Shown: positions 58,545-64,000 of the stretch, piece by piece
Numbering within the stretch: position 1 is the stretch's first letter
How the letters are laid out: each line of letters starts with the position of its first letter
From: the human T2T-CHM13v2.0 reference genome, Homo sapiens
Strand: one strand, 5' to 3'
Assembly (NCBI RefSeq): GCF_009914755.1
Contig: NC_060928.1
DNA length: 64,000 bases
Program-made: the position numbers and the translations under genes
The notes under the pieces: generated by a model
What the model saw: only the letters and a program-made list of their open reading frames with translations
What the model was told of the DNA's origin: nothing
Databases searched by the model: none

Positions 58545-61118
58545 TAAATTTTCTTTTTTTTTTTATTTTTTGTTTTACTTTAAGTTCTGGGATACAAGTG
58601 CAGAATGTGTAGGTTTGTTACATAGGTACACATGTGCCATGTTTTTTGCTGCACCTATCAACCATCATCTGGGTTTTAAACCCCACATGCATTAGCTACT
58701 TGTCCTAATGCTCTCTCTCCCCTTGTCCCCCATCCCCCAACTGCCCCTGGTATGTGTTGTTCCCCTCCCTGTGTCCGCGTGTTCTCACTGTTCAACTCCC
58801 ACTTGTGAGTGAGAACATGTGGTGTTTGGTTTTCTGTTCCTGTTTGCTGAGGATGGTGGCTTCCAGCTTCATCCATCTCCTTGCAAAGGACATGATCTCA
58901 TTCCTTTTTATGACTGCGTAGTTTTCCATGATGTATACATAGCATATTTTCTTTATCCAGTCTATCATTGATGGGCATTTGGATTGGTTCCATGTCTTTG
59001 CTATTGTAAATAGTGCTGCAATAAACATATGTATGCATATGTCTTTATAGAATAATTATTGATATTCCTTTGGGTATATACCCAGTAATGGGATTGCTAG
59101 GTCAAATGGTATTTCTGGTTCTACATCCTTAGGGAATTGCTACATTATCTTCCACAATAATTGAACTAATTTACATTCCCACCAACAGTGTAAAAGCATT
59201 CCTATTTCTCCATAACCTCGTTTCTTGACTTTTTAACAATCGTCATTCTGACTGGCATGAGATGGTATCTAATTGTGGTTTTGATATGCATTTCTCTAAT
59301 GATCAGTGATGCTGAGCTTTTTTTTCATGTTTGTTGGCCACATAAATGTCATTTGAGAAGTGTCTGTGCATATCCTTCGTGCACTTTTTAATGGGGTTGT
59401 TTGCTTTTTTCTTGTAAATTTGTTTAAGTTCCTTGTAGGCTCTGGATACTAGACCTTTGTCATATGGGTAGACTGCAAAAATTTTCTCCCATTCTGTACA
59501 TTGCCTGTTCACTCTGATGATAGTTTCTTTTATTGTGCAGAAGCTTTTTAGCTTGATTAGATCCCGTTTGTGAATTTTGGCTTTTGTTGCAATTGCTTTT
59601 GACATTTTTGTCATGAAGTCTTTGCCCATGCCTATGTGCTGAATGGTATTGCCTAGGTTTACTTCTAGGGTTTTTATTATTTTTTGTTTTACATTTAAGT
59701 GTTTAAACCATCTTGATTTAATTTTTGTATAAGGTGTAAGGAAGGGGTCCAGTTTCAGTTCTGTGCATATGGCTAGCCAGTTTTCCCAGCATCATTTATT
59801 AAATAGGGAATCCTTTCCTCATTGCTTGTTTTGTCCCCATTGCTTGTTATTTCTGAGGTCTCTATTCTGTCCCATTCGTCCAAATGTCTGTTTTGGTACC
59901 AATACCATGCTTTTTGGTTATGATAGCTTTGTAGTATAGTTTAAAGTCAGGTAACATAATGCCTCCAGCTTTATTTTTTGCTTAGGATTGTCTTGGTGAC
60001 TCAGACAGATTTTTGGTTCTATGAAATTTTAAGTAGTATTTTTTCTAATTCTGTGAAGAATGTCAATGGTAGTTTAATGGGAATAGCATTGAATCTGTAA
60101 ATTGCTTTGGGCAGTATGGCCATTTTCACGATATTAATTCTTCCTATCCATGAGGATGGAATGTTTTCCCATTTATTTGTGTCCTCTCTTATTTCTAGAG
60201 CAATGGGTTGTAGTTATCTTTGAAGAGGTCCTTCACATCGCTTGTTAGCTGTATTTCTAGGTATTTTATTCTCTTTGTAGCAACTGTGAATGGGAGTTCA
60301 TTTGTGATTTGACTCTCTGCTTGTCTATTGTTGGTGTATAGGAATGCTTGTGATTTTTGCACATTGATTTTGTATCCTGAGACTTTGCTGAAGTTTCTTA
60401 TCAGGTGAAGGAGTTTTGGGCTGAGATGCTGGGGTTTTCTAAATATGGAATCATGTCATCTGCAAATAGAGACAATTTGACTTCCTCTATTCCTATTTGA
60501 ATACCCTTTATTTCTTCCTCTTGCTTGATTGTCCTGGCCAGAACTTCCAATACTATGTTAAATAGGAGTGGTGAGAGAGGACATCTTTGTCTTGTGCTGG
60601 TTTTCAAAGGGAATGTTTCCAGCTTTTGCCTATTCAGTATGATATTGGCTGTGGGTTTGTCATAAATAGCTCTTACTATTTTGAGATATGTTCCATTGAT
60701 ACCTAGTTTATTGAGAGTTTTTAACATGAAGGGATGTTAAATTTTATCGAAGGTCTTTTCTGCATCTATTGAGATAATCATGTGGTTTTTGTCATTGGTT
60801 CTATTTATGTGATGGATTATGTTTATTGGTTTCCATATGTTGAACCAGCCTTGCATCGCTGGGATGAACCCAACTTGATCATGGTGAATAAACTTTTTGA
60901 TGTGCTACTGGATTCAGTTAGCCAGTATTTTATTGAGGATTTTCACATCGATGTTCATCAGGGATATTGGCCTGAAGGGTTTAATTTCTTTTTGTCTCTG
61001 CCAGGTTTTGGTACCAGGATGATGCTGGCCTTATAAAATGATTTAGGGAGGAGTCCCTCCTTTTCAATTGTTTGGAATAGTTTCGGAAGGAATGATGCCA
61101 GCTCCTTTTTGTATCTCT
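58545..61118 (-). mobile_element. L1PA (PA7/PA8-like) 3' 2.6 kb, defective
   Basis: PolyT, then TACTTTAAGTTCTGGGATACA 3' UTR. ORF2p peptides [27 protein letters not shown] (60401-60727), MGKDFMTK.. and MFIAALFTIAKTWNQ... Confidence 0.96.
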
Positions 61119-61124
61119 TTTTGT

Positions 61125-61355
61125 AATTTGTACAGTTAGATACAATTATCACAGTGATCCTGAGGTGACATACATCCTCAGCTTACGAAGATAACAAGAT
61201 TAAGAGATTAAAGTAAGACAGGTGTAACAAATTATAAAAGTATTAATTTTGGGAACTGATATGTGTCCATATTAAAATGAAATCTTCACAATTTATGTTC
61301 CTCTGACACAGTTCCAGCCGGTCCCTCCGTTCAGGGTCCCTGACTTCCCACAACA
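61125..61355 (-). mobile_element. Truncated 3' LTR of HERV-K(HML-8), MER11(A)-type, first ~230 bp only
   Basis: The minus strand starts TGTTGTGGGAAGTCAGGGACCCTGAACGGAGGGACCGGCTGG..GAACATAAATTGTGAAGATTTCAT immediately after the PPT. Confidence 0.9.
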
Positions 61356-61372
61356 TCTCTCCCTTTCTTTTT
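61356..61372 (-). other. Retroviral polypurine tract (PPT)
   Basis: AAAAAGAAAGGGAGAGA directly abuts the LTR TG on the minus strand. Confidence 0.92.
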
Positions 61373-63420
61373 ATATAAATGTGCCATGGCGATGAAGGCT
61401 TGTTCGTTCTCTTGATTTTGATGCAGGATTCTTTGACTGATCCGTCACACTAAAAACAAGCCGATTAAACAGAGAAACATAATTCCAAAATTTGCTACAG
61501 TGGAGCCCCCAATAGACTTAATCCAAGTCATGGGGTTTAGTCCAGAAAGACTTTCTGCCACCTGATCTAAGGCCTCAGCTCCAGGCACAATGGATAAATG
61601 AGCTTGAGAGGCTTCAAAAAAAATTTTTTTTTTAATCTGGTTATGTCCAAGGATAAATTATCTTCCCTACCCAGAAGGTGTCCTTTGACCATTTCCCATG
61701 AATGATCAGTCTCGTTGTAGGAATATGGTGTGATACAGAAATCAGAAGTATTCCAATCACACTGCATTTTCATGCCATGTTCGGGACTCATAAGCCGATC
61801 CCCAAGCCAAATAACAGACTATCTTAGATCATTAATTTGATTAGCCAATTTTTGATCAATTCCTTGTTGAGAATTCCACATTTGAGTGGAATTGGCTTGC
61901 CAATCATTATCAAAATGAGCCATTTGAATAGATTGATGTAATGCCATTCTGGCAGTGGTGGCCAGTGCAGTGACTGTAATTAGGCCCATGATCACAGCGA
62001 TTAAAGTGAAAACAAATCTCTTAGATCTTTGAGAATTAGTTGTAACACTTCATTAATTAAATGTACTGAGGGGCAGGATTCCCAAGGTCTGGGCAAAGTT
62101 ACCGGTATCCAGATTCCTTCTTGAGCTCGAACCAACATTACATTTTTCCTGGAGTCAAAACGGGAGTTAACACAGTGTATAAATGACAGTTAATGCATTG
62201 GACAGTTTGATTGTTCATCCAAATCTGATATTTCCCACTAACAGCATGTAAGGAGGCTTAACACAACTCTGTATAGGAATAATTAGGTTGGAGGTAAACA
62301 AAGCAGAATGTCTGAATCTACATTGATACTGAGGGAGAGGAGTGGTTGTGGCCACACCTGATGTTCTCCGCTGTAAAGAAGCAATCTAAGGCGCCCCAGG
62401 ATGCCAAAGAAGTAGAGGGACATACCTGGATTGAGAAGCATTATTATAATGCCAATTGCAGTCCCATAAAGGAAGATGGGCATCAAAAAGAGGAAAAGGG
62501 CCGAAAGGGGATTTATCATGGGGTTCAGAATCATGGATGCGAGAGGCGGTAGTGGGGAGAACAGACAGAAAAGTTTCCGCTTCCCATACTGGAAGTCTGG
62601 ACATGACAATAGCCAATTTCCAAAGTTCTGGGTGTTCTGGGCTCAGAATGTGGAATATCATAGGAGGCCTCAGGGGGATAATGCCCTTATCTTCCCATTT
62701 TAAGGGAAAGAATGAGCTGAATCTCCTATGCAAAGTAGGATGATAATCCTTGTCCTCCCAATAAGAAATAAAATAAGTAGCCTCCAGGCATTCCCTTCCA
62801 CCACAGGAGCAATTGTTTTTTAAATAGCCCTTTGGTGCCCAGTCTATTACCAAAGCATATGAGTCATTTTTTAATACTACTACATGTGAGTTAACACAAT
62901 CTTCCCAAATTAAAGTTTTAGATGGGCCCTCAAAATTTTTAGGACGTGGTTTTCCTGCACATTTGTATTGAAAATATGGAGTATCTCCTATTACTCCCCC
63001 TTTCATTTGTCTTAAAGGAGAAAGGGAGAGGCCAGAGACCAAACGTCCCATTTCCTCTGAAGCTAATCTCTCCAGAAGATAAGCAGCCCAGACTTGAGTT
63101 TCTAGGTGGATACAACCAGGTGCATGTCTGAGGCACAGAGGGTGGTATTTATAACCCGTAGTAACATTAAATGCAGTGCCTTCTCCTGGTTGAGCGGGGC
63201 AATGGTCATCTGTAGCTCCAGGCATCCCCACACTATCATTAGTATAGATTTCCGCAGGAGCATCCATCCAGATGAGAGGTCAAATAAGTGGAGGAAAAGG
63301 CACATAAGCCCAGTAAGAATAATTTTGTGTAACAGGTAATTCAGTATGAGGGGAAACTGGTGAGACAGAAAGTATAAGGAGGAGAATCATTAATTAAAAC
63401 CTATTTTAAGCAAGATCCAG
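61360..63420 (-). pseudogene. env: HERV-K(HML-8) env, disrupted by stops and frameshifts
   Basis: SU start NYSYWAYVPFPPLI*; open 293-aa stretch 62386-63267; CVKPPYMLLVGNI; furin site RSKR (62017-62028); fusion peptide [17 protein letters not shown]; LANQINDLR; CDWNTSDFC; membrane anchor FGIMFLCLIGLFLV. The 5' boundary is approximate. Confidence 0.93.
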
Positions 63421-63529
63421 TGCTGAAGGAGGAAGCTAAGAACAGAGGGATGTTATTTTCAGGCTAATAGAAGTGATGAGATTTTTAGGTTTGTAAGGAG
63501 AAAAAGAAAGGTAATTAAGAGAAGTGGGA

Positions 63530-64000
63530 TTAGTTAGAGGGGTCTCCATTGCCATTAGGGAGGATTGAACCAGACCTATTTTGATTTGGTGTGCCAGGTT
63601 CTGAGGAGTCGGCCCAGGTCTCACCATGTATGAGGATAGTCTCTGACGTGGATGTCTTTTCCCCGTGGTTTTCATTGTCAGTATTCACATGAAGTTTAAG
63701 TCTTCTAGTGGGCACCCAGACAGGGAATTGGTGATCTCCTGGTGAAACACAAGCATACCCTCTCCCCCATGTTATAATTGTTCCAGATACCCAGGTATTG
63801 ATCTGGGAGTTTTTCCATAACACTGGCTTGCCTTCATTTAAGGAGAATTTTTTGCCTGTATAATGGCATTCAGCTGCAGTCAGAGTATTGTCTTTAGGAA
63901 CATTTAGAAAGTTTAAAGTAAACAATGCTAAATGTAATTGGGAGTGGGGAGTAGTCAAATTATGCTTTTGTTGTTCAGAATGTTTGGACAATTGAGTTTT
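63530..64000 (-). pseudogene. pol: HERV-K pol, integrase C-terminal region (continues beyond window)
   Basis: QLHLALFTLNFLN..TAAECH..VLWKN..ITWGRGYACVSPG..PVWVPTRRLK are betaretroviral integrase motifs. Confidence 0.93.

Noticed and set aside
62346-63339. Plus-strand ORFs antisense to env
   Set aside because: Short (61-95 aa) shadow ORFs with no independent evidence.

Overview
This is primate (human or ape-like) nuclear DNA, not prokaryotic. It is very AT-rich, CpG-depleted and gene-poor, and I find no convincing host protein-coding exon. Much of it is fossil transposable elements: 12 Alu copies (most with visible target-site duplications, TSDs), an old L1MB-type LINE with an internal inversion, a both-ends-intact L1PA13-16-type LINE with TSD and an internal deletion, a truncated younger L1PA, about a dozen solo LTRs (MaLR, ERV1, ERVL), MIR/L2 relics, and Tigger3 and Cheshire/hAT DNA-transposon relics. 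The right end holds the 3' part of a HERV-K(HML-8/HERVK11, MER11 LTR) provirus on the minus strand (integrase C-terminus, env, PPT). Its 3' LTR is cut after about 230 bp and fused directly to an L1. The most notable observations are that ERV-L1 fusion, several templated-insertion or fold-back scars, a TE-poor segment at 26.6-27.1 kb with RFX, E-box and octamer motifs plus a hairpin, and an octamer-bearing LTR9. Family and subfamily names come from my recollection of consensus sequences, not from a database search, and ends without a TSD are approximate. I do not see evidence for a genuinely new biological system.
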